Under the pieces are notes generated by a model. That model was not told where the DNA came from. It was given only the letters and a program-made list of their open reading frames with translations, and did no database searches. Of a stretch of DNA of 64,000 bases, positions 27,826-51,004 are shown in pieces; the first letter of the stretch is position 1, and every line of letters starts with the position of its first letter. A program made the position numbers and the translations under genes. The DNA lies in the NCBI RefSeq assembly GCF_009914755.1, contig NC_060948.1; one strand, 5' to 3'. The DNA comes from the human T2T-CHM13v2.0 reference genome, Homo sapiens.

Positions 27826-29527
27826 GCTGTTATCTGTGTATATATATTCTTTTGAAAACAGAAGATACTTATTTTTAATTAGGTTATTATTTGCTTGTTC
27901 TTTTGAATCTGTTTTTAGTTCCTTGTATATTTTGATTAACCCCTTGTCTGATGTACAGTTTGCAAATATTTGCTCTCATTTTATTTTATTTTGTTTTTAT
28001 TTTTTGGTGTATGGAAGTTTTCTAGTATGATGTAACCTATTTTTCTGTTTGTGTGTTTTTTACTTCTGTTTTTGAAGTCTTATCCAAAAAATATTCTTGC
28101 TCAGACCAGGGTCGTTAAATATGTTTTGTGATTTATTCTCCTAGATTGACAGTTTTGTGTTTTCATTACATCTTTATTTTTAAATGTTTTTAAAAATATA
28201 TTCTTATAGGTGAGCTCTCACTATATTACCAAGTGTGGAGTACAGTGGCATAAGTGTTTCATGCTACAGCTTTGGACACCTGGGCTCTCGTGATCCTCCC
28301 ATTTGAGACCCCAAAGTAACTGAAACTATAGGTGGACTCCACTGCAATAGGCTTTTTAATCCATTTGCGTTAATTTTTCTATTTTGTGAGAATATAATTA
28401 GGGTTCTAATTATATTCTTCTGCATATAGCTCTCTTGTTTTTCCAGCACCAATTATTGAAGAGACTGACATTTCTTCATTTTGTGTTCTTGGCACCTCTG
28501 CAGAATATCAGTTGGCTATACAGGTGTAAATTTATTTTTGCTGACTGCATTCTGTTGTATTGGTTGATAGCATTGTGACACCTCCAGTTCTGTGGATTCA
28601 CTCCCCAACCCCACTGCCATCTTCAGGATTGCTTTGGCTATTCAGGGTTTTGTGTGTGTGGTTTCATATTAAATTAGGATATTTTTCAATTTCTGTGAAA
28701 AATGCCATTGGTGTTTTGATAGAGATTGCATTCAGTCTGTGCACTGCTTTGGATCATATAAACATTTTAACCATATTAATTTTTCCAATCAATGAATATA
28801 GATATTTTTCCATATTTTTATGTCATCCTAACATTTTATTAATGTTTCATAGTTTTCAGAATGCAGATTTTTTTAATTCCTTGCTTAAATTTACTCCTTT
28901 TTATTCCCCATACCTATTGTAAATGAGATTGTTTTCTTAATTTTTTTTATATTTTGCTATTTGTTTATGGAAATACTAAGGAATTGAATATGTTGATTTT
29001 GTAAACTGAAATTTTACCTACTTTCTGAGTCAGCTCTAAGTACTTTCTAGTGGTGTGTTTATGGATTTCCATATTATGTAATTAGTATATATGGACAATT
29101 TTACTTCTTCCTTTCCAATTTGGGTACCTTTTCTTATTTTCTCTTGTCTAATTGCTCTGGCTAAGGAATTTTAGTATTCTGTTAATAGATGTAGTGAAAG
29201 TGAACATCCTGGTCTTTTTTCAGATCTTCACAGAAAAGCTTTCAACTTTTAACTCCCACTGAGTGTGATATTAGCTAAGGGTTTGTATATAGAATGTTAC
29301 CTGGTTCTTTGGGTCTATGTCATTTGTTGTGTTGAGTTACAGTTGTTCTATGCATAATTTGTTAATGGTTTTTATTCAGAAAAAATGTTGAATTTTGTCA
29401 AATTTTTTTCACTTATTGAAATGACTGCATATACTTTGTTCTTTATTTTTTATATAATTTATGACATTTAATGATTCTTGTGTATTAAACCATTCCTGCA
29501 TCCCTGTAATCTCACTTGATCATGGTG

Positions 29528-30610
29528 TATCAGGGGAAATTCACCCCCAATATTTCACATAGTTTTTTTTCCATTTTCCTTAAGTGTTGGTTGGTCTCAG
29601 AAATAAAGGGACAGAGTATAAAAGAGAGAAATTTTAAAGCTGGGTGTCTGGGGGAGACATCACATGTCAGCAGGTTCCGTGATGCCCCCCAAGCCACAAA
29701 ACCAGCAAGGTTTTGTTAGTGATTTTCAAAAGGGGAGAGACAGTACAAATAGGGTGTGTGTCACAGAGATGACATGGTTCACAAGGTAATAAAATATCAC
29801 AAGGCAAATGGAGGCAGGGTGAGATCACATGACCACAGGACTGGGGTGAAATTAAAATTGCTAATGAAATTTTGGGTGTGCACTGTCATTGATAACATCT
29901 TATCAGGAGACAGGGTTTGAGGGCACACAACCAGTCTGACCAAAATTTATTAGGTGGGAATTTCCTCATCCTAACAAGCCTGGGAGCACTATGGGAGGCT
30001 GGGGCTTATTTCTTCCCTTACCTACCACCATAAAAGACAACCATCCCCAAAGCGGCCATTTCATAGGCCTCCCCTTAGAGATGCATTCTTTTTCTCAGAG
30101 ATTTTCCTTGCTGAGAAAAAGAATTCAGTGATATTTCTCCTATTTGCTTTTGAAAGAAGAGAAATATGGCTCTGTTCCACCCAGCTCACAGGCAGCCAGA
30201 GTTTAAGGTTATCTCCCTTGTTCCCTGAACATTGCTGTTATCCTGTTCTTTTTTCATGGTGCCCAGATTTCATATTATTCAAACACACATGCTCTACAAT
30301 TTGTACAGTTAGTGCAATCATCACAGGGTCCTGAGGTGACATACATCCTCCTCAGTTTATGAAGATGATGGGATTAAGAGATTAAAGTAAAGATAGGCAT
30401 AGGAAATCACAAGGGTATTGATTGCCAAAGTGATAAGTGTCCATGAAATCTTCACAATTTATGTTCAGAGATTGCAGTAAAGACAGGCATAAGAAATTAT
30501 AAAAGTATTAATTTGGGGATCTACAATGTCCATGAAATCTTCACAATTTATGTTTTTCTGCCATGACTTCAGCCGGTCCCTCTGTTCAGGCTCCCTGACT
30601 TCCCACAACA
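29528..30610 (-). mobile_element. MER11 (HERV-K11/HML-8) 3' LTR
   Basis: Minus strand starts tgttgtgggaagtcaggga, carries the duplicated aacataaattgtgaagatttcatggaca motif and ends gggggtgaatttcccctgata. Preceded by the PPT aaaaagaaaggcagaga. Confidence 0.9.
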
Positions 30611-32123
30611 TCTCTGCCTTTCTTTTTATGCAAATGTGCCATAACGATGAAGGCTTGTTTGTTCTCTCAGTTTGACACAGGATTCTTTGACTGGTCCAGC
30701 ACACTAAAAAGCCACCTGATCTAATGCCTCAGCTCCAGGTGTAATGCATATGCAAGCTTGAGAGGCTTCAAAAATTTGTTCTTTAATTTAGTGATGTCCA
30801 ATGATAAATTATCTTTGCTACCCAGAAGGTGTCCTTTGACCATTTCCCATGAATGTTCAGTCTCATTATAGGAATACGGGGTGATACAGAAGTCCAAAGT
30901 ATTCCAATTGCACTGCATTTGCATGTGATGTTCAAGACTCCCTACTTAATCTCCAAGCCCAATAACAGACTGTCTTAAATCATTAATTTGATTAGCCAAT
31001 TTTTGATCAAAACTTTGTTGAGAATTCCACATGTAGGTGGAAATGGCTTGACAATCATTAACAAAATGAGCCGTTTGAATAGGTTGATGTAACAACATTC
31101 TGACTGTGGTGGCCATTGCAGTGACTGTAATTAGGCCCATGATCACAGTGATTAAAGTGAACATAAATCTCTTGGATCTTTTTAGAATTCGCTGTAACAC
31201 TTCATTAATTAAATGTGTTGAGGGGGAGGTTTCCCAATGTCTGGGCATCCAGATTCCTTCTTGAGCTCGAACAACATTACACTTTTCCTGGAGTCAAAAT
31301 GGGAGTTAATACAAGTGTAAAAATGACAATTAATGCATTGGACAGTTTGATTGTTGGTCCAAATTTTGATATTTCCCACTAACAGCATGTAATGAGACTT
31401 AACACAACTCTGTTTGGGAACAGTCAGGTTGGAGGTAAATAAAGCGGAATGCCTGGATCTGCGTTGATACTGAGAGAGTGGGATGGTAGTGGGGACAACA
31501 GCAGAATCATTTCCCCTTCCCATACTCACAGTCCAGACATGGCAATAGCCAATTTCCAAAATTCTGGGTGTTCTGGGCTCAGAATGTGGAGTATCATACA
31601 AGGCCTTGGTGGGGGTTAATGCCTTTATCTTCCCATTTTAAGGGAAAGAATGAGCTGAATCTCCTATGCAAAGTAGAGTGATGATTCTCCTTCTCCAGAT
31701 AAGAAATAAAATAAGTAGCCTCCTGGCATGCCTTTCCACCAGTGGAGCAATTGTTTTTTAAATAGTCCTTTGGGCCCAGTCTGTTACTAAACTGTATGAG
31801 TCATTTTTAAATATTACTGCATGTGAGTTAACACAGTCTTCCCAGATTAAAGTTTTAGATGGGCCTTCCAAATTTTTTAGGCATGGTTTTCCTGCAGGTT
31901 TATATTGAAAGTATGGGGTATCTCCCATTACTCCTCCTTTCATTTGTTTTAAAGGAGAAAGGAGAGGCCAAAGACCAAATATCCTGGTTCCTCTGCAGTT
32001 GATCTCTGGAAGATAAGTGGCCCAGACTTCAGTTTATAGATGGATACAACCAGGTCCATGTCTGAAGCCCAGAGGTGAGTATTTATAACCCATGGTAACA
32101 TTAAATGCAGTGCCTTCTTCTCC
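30611..32123 (-). mobile_element. HML-8 env remnant (SU-TM), frameshifted
   Basis: Furin site and fusion peptide LKRSKR|[60 protein letters not shown], and LIWEDCV in SU. Confidence 0.9.
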
Positions 32124-33369
32124 TGGTGAATGATTTTCTAAACGTGCATTATAAGTCATTTTCCCAGTATTTTGTTGAGGATTTTTACATTATATTGGCC
32201 CATAGTTTTCTCCTTTTTTTTTGTATCCTTGTCTGCTTTTGTAATCAGAATAATGCCATCCCAATGAAATGAGTTGGAACAGTTCCCATATCTTCTTTTT
32301 TGTTGTTTGTTTTTTTTTCGTTTTGTTTTGACTACATTAAAAAAAGTTGCAGTAGTTTCTTTTTTGTGGTAAGAGGAATGCAGCAGTGAATATATCAGGT
32401 AATAGGTTTATCTTTAATAGGTGACTTTTTACTGCTGATTTGATTTCTTACCATTAATTTGTTTCTTGGTATGAGTTATGGTATCTCTTTTTTGACTCTG
32501 ATTTTCTTTATTAGGGGCTTTTTTTGTACTTTTGAGTTTAGCTTTTTGTTTTTCTAATTCCTTGATTGAAACATCAGGTTGTGTTTTTGGTATCTTCTTT
32601 TAGTTGAAAGCATTTATTGCCATAACTTCACTCTGAAAACTGCTTTGGTTGTATCCCTTAGGTTTTGGTGTGTTGTGTTTCTATTTTTGTCTCAAGAAAT
32701 ATGGTGTTTTGTCTTTAATGTCTTCATTGACTCATTGGTTTTTCAGGAGTATATTATTTAATTTTGATGTACTTAAGAATTAGTGATTTCAGAAGAGATA
32801 CTTGATATGACTTTGATCATTTCCAATTCGTTAAGAAGTGATTTTTGCCTAATGTATGATATATCCTGGAAGATGTTCCATATATGCAGTGGAGAAGAAT
32901 GTTTATTCCATAGCTCTTGGATGGATAGTTCAGTGCCTGTTTTTAGCATTTGTCCTACAGGGCATTTTAGTCCAATGTTTACTTATTGAATTATGTCTGC
33001 ATTATCTATTCATTGCTGAAAGTAAGGTGCTGAAGTTTTCCAGTATTATCTTGCACTTTTTTTCTTCCTTTTGATCTATTAACATTTGAATTATATGTAT
33101 GCTTATATTAGTTATATAGGTATATTCCTGGTATAATATTTTCTTTTATTTTTCTCCTCCTTAATTCTGTATCTTCTTTTTGTCTTTGATATTTGGTGGT
33201 TTGATTACATTAAGATTACATTAAGCTATGGGGATATTTTTATTGAAATTGAATGTGATTGGAAGTCTTCGATATTCCTGTAGCAGAATATTTGTATTTT
33301 ATTTAAGTTTAGAAAGGTTTCTGTTATTATTTCTCTAAATAGGCTTTCTACTCTTTTTTTTGTACTTTT

Positions 33370-33672
33370 CTTTTCTTTCCTTTTCTTTTTGAGATGGAGG
33401 TTTGCTCTTGTCTCTCAGGTTGGAGTACAATGGTGTGATTGTGGCTTACTGCAACCTCGACACCCTGGGTTGCAGTGATTCTCCTGACTCAGCCTTATGA
33501 GTAGCTGGGATTACAGGTGTCCACCAATATACTTGACTAATTTTTGTATTTTAATAGAAAAATGTTTTCACCACATTGTCCAGGCTGCTCTCAAGCTCCT
33601 GACAACATACGATCCACCCACCTTGGCCTCCCAAAGTGCTGGAGATATAGGCATGAGCCATCATGCCCAGCT
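33370..33672 (-). mobile_element. Alu
   Basis: Reverse Alu body ending catgcccagc. Confidence 0.85.
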
Positions 33673-33679
33673 CTACCAA

Positions 33680-34570
33680 GCTCTTAAATGCCAGTGTCTA
33701 ATACCTTTGCTCTTTGGATATTATCTCATTAATCTCATGAATCTTATTTATGTTTTCTCCTCTAACTGTATATTTTCAATTGACCTGTCTGAGTTTTGCT
33801 GCTTGACCACTTCTGTTGTAAGTGCTGTCAATTGCATTTTTTATTTTGTTGTGTTTTATTCTTCAAGATTTCTGTTTGTTTTTTCCTCCCATTATTTTAG
33901 TCTCTTGGGTGAGTTTCTCTGATAAATTTCGGAATTCTTTGTGTTTTGCTGAAGTCCACTGCATTGTCATAAAATAACTATTTTAAATTCCTTTTTGGGC
34001 CATGTGTCCATACACATCTCTTTTGGGTCAGTCACCACTGGCACCTTACTTTGACCACTTGATGTCATGTTTTTCTCATTGATCCTAATCCTTGTGACTA
34101 TGCATGGAAATCTGTGCAGTGATGTAGGTGCCTAATTCAGTGTTCACGCTTTGGCTTTGTTTGGATGCTTTCTCCCACAGTAAGCCTGTCCAGAGATTCA
34201 GGGCAAGGAGAAGAAGGAAATTAAGGTCTTTAAGCCTATGATACCTTCAGCCCTGGTAGCACTAGGGGAAACACTAATGAGCAGATTTTCATGGCTGGAT
34301 TAATTTATACACAAAGCTGACTCAGTGCCAGGTTGTACCTGTAGCACACAGTTGAGCACTTGGTGCACTCAAGGCCTGTAGCTTCCATGGTCTGCCCTCT
34401 GCTCCTTATTCGGGGCCTGAGGTTACAGTAGTCAATCAGCAGGAATATTGACTCGAACTCAAGTCCATTCGGCTGAGGTCATAGTTTCTAGTCTGTTGCT
34501 GCGGTTGGTCTGCAAGATTACCCCTGGGTATCAGCCTCCCAAAGTGCTGGGGTCAGGGGACAGGCAAATC
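33680..34570 (-). mobile_element. Old L1 ORF1/5' region (L1M-like)
   Basis: T-rich reverse ORF1-like sequence followed by a GC-richer 5'UTR-like segment. Weak recognition. Confidence 0.45.
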
Positions 34571-35869
34571 AAAGTCCCAAGGCAAAAAAGTCCTATGCCT
34601 ACTTCCTTTGCCCAAGGAATCCTCCAACCTCCACCTACTGAGTAGTAGAGACTACAGGCATGTGCAGCTATGCCTGGCTAATATTTTTTGGGTTTTGTTT
34701 TTGTTGGGCTCAAGTGATCTATTCACCTCAGCTTCCTAAAGTGCTAGGATTAAGGGTATGAGTTACTACACCCAGCTAAAATTTACTTTCTAAAATTTAA
34801 TTTTTAGGTCATTTACTTTTATTCAGTCTTATTTCTGATAAATGCAATTAAGCATGTTATTGCTTTAGTTTCTCTCTGGGTATTCCTGAAGGAATAAATG
34901 AACTCTTGATATTCATTTTCTAAATGGTGTTAGAAAATGAATAATTACTTTAGATGAGTAATGACTATATGGCCTCTTTTTGTTTTCTGGCTTCATTTCA
35001 TTGTGTATGAAGAGTGTATTTTTTAACCCACCTGTTTATGGGAAATGAAATTTTACTCTTTCAACTAAAGGTAGTACAAAATTGTTTAAACTGATTATTC
35101 AACTACTTCATAATTTTGACTTGGTTCCTTTTGCATATTAGTCTAATTATTGGGAGAACAATGTCAAAATTAAATTAATTTGCTTATTAAAAACTTTCTG
35201 ATAAAATTACATGAATACACACAAACAAAAACATGCACACTCATACCACTTAATTTCTAAAATGTTTAATTTTTCTGCTTCTCTGATACCTTGTATTTTA
35301 TCACTCAGCAAAATCTGTCAGCTCCACTTCCAGGATTTACTTTAACTGCACAGCTTATTTCTATTTCCCTTTATCACCATAGTCTAAAACACAGTTTACA
35401 TTATATTTGCCTCCACTTTGCATTGTAATTTCCTCTTTACACTCTAGCTTTCTATGAGAAGGTAACTACCTTTTCAAAATCTAATCAGGTAATTTTGCTT
35501 TTTCTTAATTGAGACTTCTTTCTATGTGCTTTCACACCTTATAGTATCAGATATGAATGTCTCTATCCAATTGCATGTGTTCCAGTTATTTTTTTTATTG
35601 GGGGGATGTGTATGTACATTTACAAACATGGGTATGTATGTATTTACTTATTATTTGTTTTTCCCATGTGTAATATAGGTTTTGCATGCATATATTTACT
35701 AAATCCCTGATAATGTAAAATTAACAATTTTTTTTTCTTTTTTTAAGTAAATTATTTTCTGAAGGATGCGGGTTGGGAGGAATATACCTTAACATGGAAA
35801 CTTTAAAAGAGAAAGTGGTCATTACTAATGAAAATTATTCTCTAACATTTTCTTGTTTATCTTTAGTAG

Positions 35870-36660
<791 letters not shown>

Positions 36661-37204
36661 ACTATCCATATATACTTTCACAGAACAAAGAGTAAAGAGG
36701 CTGAATATGACATTACAAAGATACTCATAAAAATTATAAACAGCAAAACCTTGGAAGTAGCTTCCAATAAGATTGATCTTTCTCCTGTGACTATGCATAA
36801 GTAATTTTTGTTTTCTTAAATATAATTGTACAACTTATTAAACAAAACAAAATAAAAAATCCATCTCTGTCCAAAAACTGAACAGAAAAAATAACCATAA
36901 TGAATTTTTCACCTAGTATATTTTTGGTACCTATGTTTTTAATTTAACAAGTGTTTGTAATCTAGCACATATATTATCAGAGAACATTTTCTTTTCAGAA
37001 AGAGTACTTACCGCAGATTTCATTCTGTACTTAAGAAGAGCCTGAAACAGAAGTCTTATGAGTACAATCCTATTTATATTAATTTAAGATATCGAAAGTC
37101 TTTCTCATTAAACCTTGACTAACAGAAAGCAACTCATATTAATGCATCTTAAAGGACAAAACCTGTTCTATTAAGAGGAAATACTCAGGTTAATAATTTA
37201 AAAT

Positions 37205-39130
<1,926 letters not shown>

Positions 39131-39569
39131 AAAAATGAATTAAAATTAAAATAAACTTGGCTTAATATATATAGACAGTAATATATGCAAATGTTTTCTT
39201 CTATTTTGGCTATTTGGCTTCTGTTATTTCTTGGGGAAACAAACACCATGGGAACGGATGAAGAACATTAAAGCTAAATAGTATATAATTTACATTATTT
39301 TTTGTTCTTTTTTCTCCTTTTTTTTCTACCAAAGCAATGGTGACAACTTTCTTGTCACACTTTCTTTTCTGTTTCTTTCTCATGAGAAATCACCACCAAA
39401 AATAAAGCTCGTGTAGATTTGCGAATATTTTTTTCTGCCCCTAGCTATGACCCTCTTCACCTTTGCTTTGGATTTCACAGCTTCTTAAAACACTGATTTA
39501 CTTATTATTTGTTGTCTCCTTGTACCATTACTTCTTCGCTCTACCTGCAGGATCTTTTCTTTTTATTAT

Positions 39570-39839
39570 ATTTTAGTTTAATTTTTTTCAGACAGAGTCT
39601 CCAGCACAATTTCGGCTCACTGCAACCTGGGCCTCCCAGATTCAGGTGGTTCTCCTGCCTCAGCTTGCTGAGTATCCGATATTACAGGCATGCACAACCA
39701 TGCTTGGCCAATTTTAGAATTTTTAATTGTGACAGGGTTTCACCATTTTGCCAAGGCTGGTCTTGAACTGACCTCAAGTGATCTACCCTCTCAGCTTCCC
39801 AAAATGCTGGAATTACAGGTATGAGACACTACATCCGGC
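39570..39839 (-). mobile_element. Alu with internal deletion
   Basis: gacagagtctc|cagcacaatttcggctcactgcaacc...acatccggc. Confidence 0.82.
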
Positions 39840-40294
39840 TTGATCATTTTCTTTGCCAGATCTACATGCTGCTTGTCTTAGCCTTAGATATGCCACTCTC
39901 AACTCATGTATTTATTTTCTGTGATAGCAAGACTCATGGAAAGAGTTGGCCCTGACAAGGTTTAATTTTATTTCTCTTAACCCTCCTTTCTTCAGGCATT
40001 TACCCTGTTTTTTAGAATCATATCTTATACTTCTCACTAAATACCATATTTCACTTATCTGTTGCATATTACTCAAACCGTCATGTGTATCTGTAAAACT
40101 GATTCACACCCTCATTCCTGAAATACTATTTTGCTTTGGATTACATGACTCAACTTTCCTCTGATTTCTCTATTTAATTGTCAGTGCCTTTGGTTTCATT
40201 TTATCTCATAGATATCTATTCATTAGACCACTAATCTAACTACACAGAATACCTCTTTCTCTTTCCCTTTCTCCTTTCCCTTTTCCCTTCCCAT

Positions 40295-40475
40295 TTTCTT
40301 TTTTTTTTTTTTTTTTTTTTCGTTTTCTTTTTTTAGGAAACTGTTCTGCCACCCAGCCTGGAGTGCAGTAGTGAGACCTGGACTGACTACAACCTCAAAT
40401 TCCTGGGCTCAAATAATTTTCCTGCTTTGATCTCCTCAGTAGCTGAGACTACAGATGCACACCACCACACCTGGC
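40295..40475 (-). mobile_element. Alu right monomer with long T-tract
   Basis: cccagcctggagtgcagt...accaccacacctggc. Confidence 0.75.
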
Positions 40476-41969
40476 TTTTTATTGATGTTTTGAGACAAAA
40501 GCCTGTAAGGTTTTAAACCTGTAGTTCTAAGGAATTCAGTGATATGACCTCTGAATTCCTATACATTGTGATTTTTTTCTCTTATGAGCGTTCCAAGATT
40601 AAGACAGCTAAATTGAAAGCTTCCCCTGAACTTCCTTACACTTTCTACATACCTCTCCCTTCCATCATTTTTGTCCCAAAATACATCATCTATATAACAT
40701 AAAAATATTCCAAATACATTATTTTCCCTCATCTCTTTCACATTTTACCTATAATAACTTTTTTTATTATCTACCACTTACAAATGTGTTTTTCTTGTTG
40801 CTGCTTATACATTCTACTGGAGGTCATCATTCATTGCTCCCTAAATTGTAGTATCAACATCTTAATCTACTTCCTCCTTCTGTGTTACTATATTCAATTT
40901 ATTTTTCACTGAGGGTTCTAGAATTATTCTTCCTTTCAATGAATAAAGCACATCGCTTTTCTTTTTCTTTTTATTCTTCCTTTCTGCTTTACTATTAACT
41001 GTTACTTTATGAGAGAGGAGCCATTTCAGTGTTATTTCCTATTATACCACAATTTTAAGCTAAAAGTCTGAGATATCATAACCTCTCTATAAGTGTTTAA
41101 TATTATAATAAATAACACAACTTTGTAATTTCAGCATTAAATTTTTGAATACTAAGTCTATAGATTATTTATGAAACAAGATTTTAGTTGTGTTGCAGAT
41201 GAGCTTGTTATTTTTTTAACTCACTCCTTCCATTTCTATCCATACTAGCTATAAGACATTTAGAGGTGTGAAAGTGGCATATTCTTCCCTATACTTGAGA
41301 GTCTGTTGAGGTTATATGAATAAAGAAATGTACAATGACCATTTAATTCATATAGCTAAATATAATGTTTAATATTTAAAATTTGTTTAAATGTTTTTAT
41401 TACTTAAATTTATTATAACAAATATTATTTAGATTTTTCATTATTTAAAACTCAATATAAGAAACAAACATGTGGGAAAATCTCAAGTAATTCATTATCG
41501 TTGTTCTTATCATAGAAGATACAAGCCATCTCCTTATTGGTTAGGGTCATATTTACAGAACAGTCACTTTTCATTTCCCAATGAAATCTGAGGAGTGTGT
41601 TTTGAATTCCCTAGTGATATGCCTACAACTACACAGTATAATTCTGTCTTCTTTGGAGGGTATGACTCTACAGGATCAATATGATAATGTCCTAAAATAT
41701 CACTGTTACATTTAATTATATAAAACACCACTAAAGTGAGAATAATATATGAGCTGTTCATTACGTAGTCTAATTATAGAGTTAATTTTTACACTCAAAT
41801 ACTTTAGTTAGAGACTGTGAAATTAAATTGGCCCTAGATGGAACTTAATTATTTGTAACAACTACCATACTGTGGTGAAATGAATTAACTGAAATCTTAA
41901 TAATTTGGAAAATAATAAAGTTATTTCACTTAAAAGTTATTTTAAAAAAACTATATTTCTTAACTATTT

Positions 41970-47959
<5,990 letters not shown>

Positions 47960-48042
47960 CAACTATTTCTTATTATATGAAAGACATAATGTGTCTCGTG
48001 ATAATGATGGAAGCAGCCTCAAATAAAATCTTACAAAACACT

Positions 48043-48327
48043 CTGGACATGATGGCTCATGCCTGTAATCCTAGCACTTTGGAAGGCTGAGGCAGCTGGA
48101 CGACTTGAGGTCAAGAGTTTGTCACTAGCCTGGCCAACAGGGTGAAACTCCCTCTCTGCTAAAAGTAAGAGCATTAGCCAGGCATGGGGGTGCATGGCTG
48201 TAATCCCAGCTACTCAGGAGGCTGAGGCAAAAGGATCCCTTGAACCCGGAAGGCAGAGGTTCCAGGGAGCTGAGATCTCACCACTGCAGTCTAGCCTGGG
48301 TGAGAGAGTGAAACTCATCTCAAAAAC
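48043..48327 (+). mobile_element. Alu
   Basis: catgatggctcatgcctgtaatcc...gaaactcatctcaaaa. Confidence 0.87.
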
Positions 48328-48819
48328 ATCTCTCTGAACTTTAAAAAGCAAGGTGAATTTAATCAACTTTCTATTTTATGCTGTCATTAAAGTTCATTAG
48401 GTTAAAAGTGAAGAGATATAAGGAATAGAAAAAAACCTCAGACTTGATTTTCAGAGCTCTGGAATCTAACTAAGTAATCAGGGGAGTGTTTAATGAAGAA
48501 AGACCTGACCTCTAAGTTTGGGCAAGACAGAATGTGGGCTGTGTGATTTAAAATGTCTGAGGTTCCCTTGGTGATTATTAGCTCAGAGGCTTTCCTTTAG
48601 CCCACCTCAGATTTTTCTTGGGGGCAGAAAGTGACTCTCAGGAGGCATTTGTGGGAAGGGAATACACTAGTCAGAGCTGTCTGTAGCAAGGAATAAGAGT
48701 CAGGTCAAGCAGTACACAAAGAAAATGCCTGGAAGGAAGAGGCTGAGGAAGAAAACTGATGAGCAAAATCAGCTTTGAAAAACTCTCACAGTTTGTTGTT
48801 TTTCATTTTGGATTGAGTT

Positions 48820-49140
48820 GTAAATAGAGACAGAGCTTGCCTTGTGGCCCACATTGGAGGGATTATGGCCCACTGAAGCCTCAACCTCCTTGGGTTCAAA
48901 TTGATCTTCCGACCTCAGCCTCCTGACCATCTCACCTCCCTGGACTCCACCTATCCTTCCACCTCAGCGTCTCACACTACAGGCATGTGTTACCACAACC
49001 AGCTTATTTTTTTTTATTTTTTTATAGAAAAGATATTGCCATGTTGTCAAGGCTGGTCTCGCACTTCTGGGCTCAAGTAATTTGTTCTCCTAAGTTTTCC
49101 AAATTGGTGGGATTACAGATATGAACCACCACACCCAGAC
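48820..49140 (-). mobile_element. Alu (AluJ-like, internally duplicated)
   Basis: gagacagagc...gcctcaacctcc...gaaccaccacacccag. Confidence 0.75.
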
Positions 49141-49399
49141 TCCTATTGTATATTTAGAAGAATATAAGTATGTCCATTTTTGGATGCATGCACGGAGAAG
49201 ACCCCAAAGCTTTTCGTTTTCCCTGACTTTGGGCTAAACACTAGAGTTCCTCACAGAGTCCATATGCGAAGTCTGGGTGGTTTTTATTTTATTTTCTTTA
49301 TTTTCCTCTTTTTTTCTTTTAAAATATGTCAAGAGGAGTAGATGACCAAAAGGGTGACAGAACACAGGTTAAGTGGCCATACATGACAAAGAGTACAGA

Positions 49400-51000
49400 C
49401 TACAAAAATAGCTTTAAAGGGTTGCTAAACAAGTAAACAACCCACCAAGTAAACAGTTATGGAGGTCAATATTTTGTTATCCAAATATGCTGAATAATAT
49501 CCAAAGTGTTCACTGTTCAACAATAAAATAAAAGGCACTCAAAGAAAAAAAAAAAGGTTACACTCAAAACATAATTAAAAGAAACTATTTCAGGAAACTC
49601 AGTCATGGTAGTAACCAGGGAAATATTTCAATTCATTTCATTTTAGTGTTCTCAAAGACCTAAGGGAACCCAGGAGAACAGTGATTCAAAATTGAAAATA
49701 TCAATAAAAATGTATGAATTATTTTGAAAAATGAAATCAATAATCTGTAACTAGAAGGACTGAATAGCATGTGTGAGCATGTAGAAAGCCTAATGAGGCA
49801 ACTTGAAGATGGATTGTTTGATATTGTTCAGTGTAAGGAACAAGAAGAGAAACAAGAATAATGATCAAAACTAAGGTTTCCATGGGACACCATCAAGAAT
49901 ATCAACATATTCATAATGGGAGTCCCACTGGAATAGGTGAGATGGGGAAAAAAAGAATATTTAAATGAATAGTGGTTGAAACTTCCCAAAAGTGTCGATA
50001 GATGCAAATCTACTGATCCAAGTATCTCTAAAGAACACAATACTCCAGGGAGAATAAAATCCAAGATATCCACACTGAAACACATGCACTGAAATTGACA
50101 GAAGACAAATAAATAGAGAACTTTAAAAGAATCAAGACAGAAGTAACTCACCACATGCAAGTTATCCTTCATAACATTAACAGCCAATTTCTCATTAAAA
50201 ATTATAGTGGAAAGAAGTCACTGTGATGAGATCTTTAAAGTGCTGGAATAAGAAGATAAAGTCAATCATAAACTCAATATCTGGCCAAACAAAAATTTAA
50301 CTTTATGAGCAAATAAGGCATTTCCAAGCAAACATAATTAAAGAGAGTACATTACTACTAGATCAGCCTTACAAAACATGATGAAAACAAGCAAGGAATG
50401 AAAGAAAAATAGTGCCTCATGTGCAAATAAAGAAATAAGAACATCAATAAAATAATTACGTCACGAAATAGAAAAGCCAATATTATTATATTTGGGTTTT
50501 CTGTGACTTTATTTTTCTACTGGATTTAAAGGTATCTCACAACTGTAATCCCAACAAAGTAGGGGGATTTCCTTGAGTCTGGGAGTTTGAGACCAGCCAG
50601 GGCAACAAAATGTGACCGTCTTTTGAGAAAATAAACAAAATTAGCCAGCTGTGGTGACATGGACTTCTGTCCCCAGAACATAGGGCACTGAGTTGGAAGG
50701 GTCCCTTGAGCCCAGGAGCTCGAGGCTGTAGTGAACCATGTTTAGCCTGTGTGACTGAAACCCTGTCTCAATGAATTAAAATACAATACAATAATAAAAT
50801 AAAGAAATGACAAAAAATAAAGCAATAATTACACATCTGGGTTGTTAGCAAATGTTGCATAACAAACTATTTTTGACAAAAAAATAGAAAGTTGGGGAAA
50901 ACAGTATGGGAAAATGATTTTTGTATAATGTCAATGCTCAGTTGTTATAATTCACACTATATTATTATTAATTCAAGATATTAATTATAATACCATTAAT
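49400..51000 (+). mobile_element. Old L1M ORF1/inter-ORF region containing an Alu (about 50540-50800)
   Basis: A-rich sense ORF1-like sequence (tgggacaccatcaag...ataatgggagtccca; ataacattaacagccaatttctca; atctttaaagtgctg). Confidence 0.65.
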
Positions 51001-51004
51001 AACT

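Larger units (their letters stand above)
27830..33100 (-). mobile_element. Old L1 (L1M/L1PB-like) ORF2, host of the HML-8 insertion
   Basis: Degenerate reverse ORF2 (tttccagcacc...ttgaagagactg, aatgccattggtgttttgatagagattgcatt, cacttgatcatggtg|aatg...cagtattttgttgaggatttttac). Contains a degenerate Alu monomer at about 28190-28350. Confidence 0.72.
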
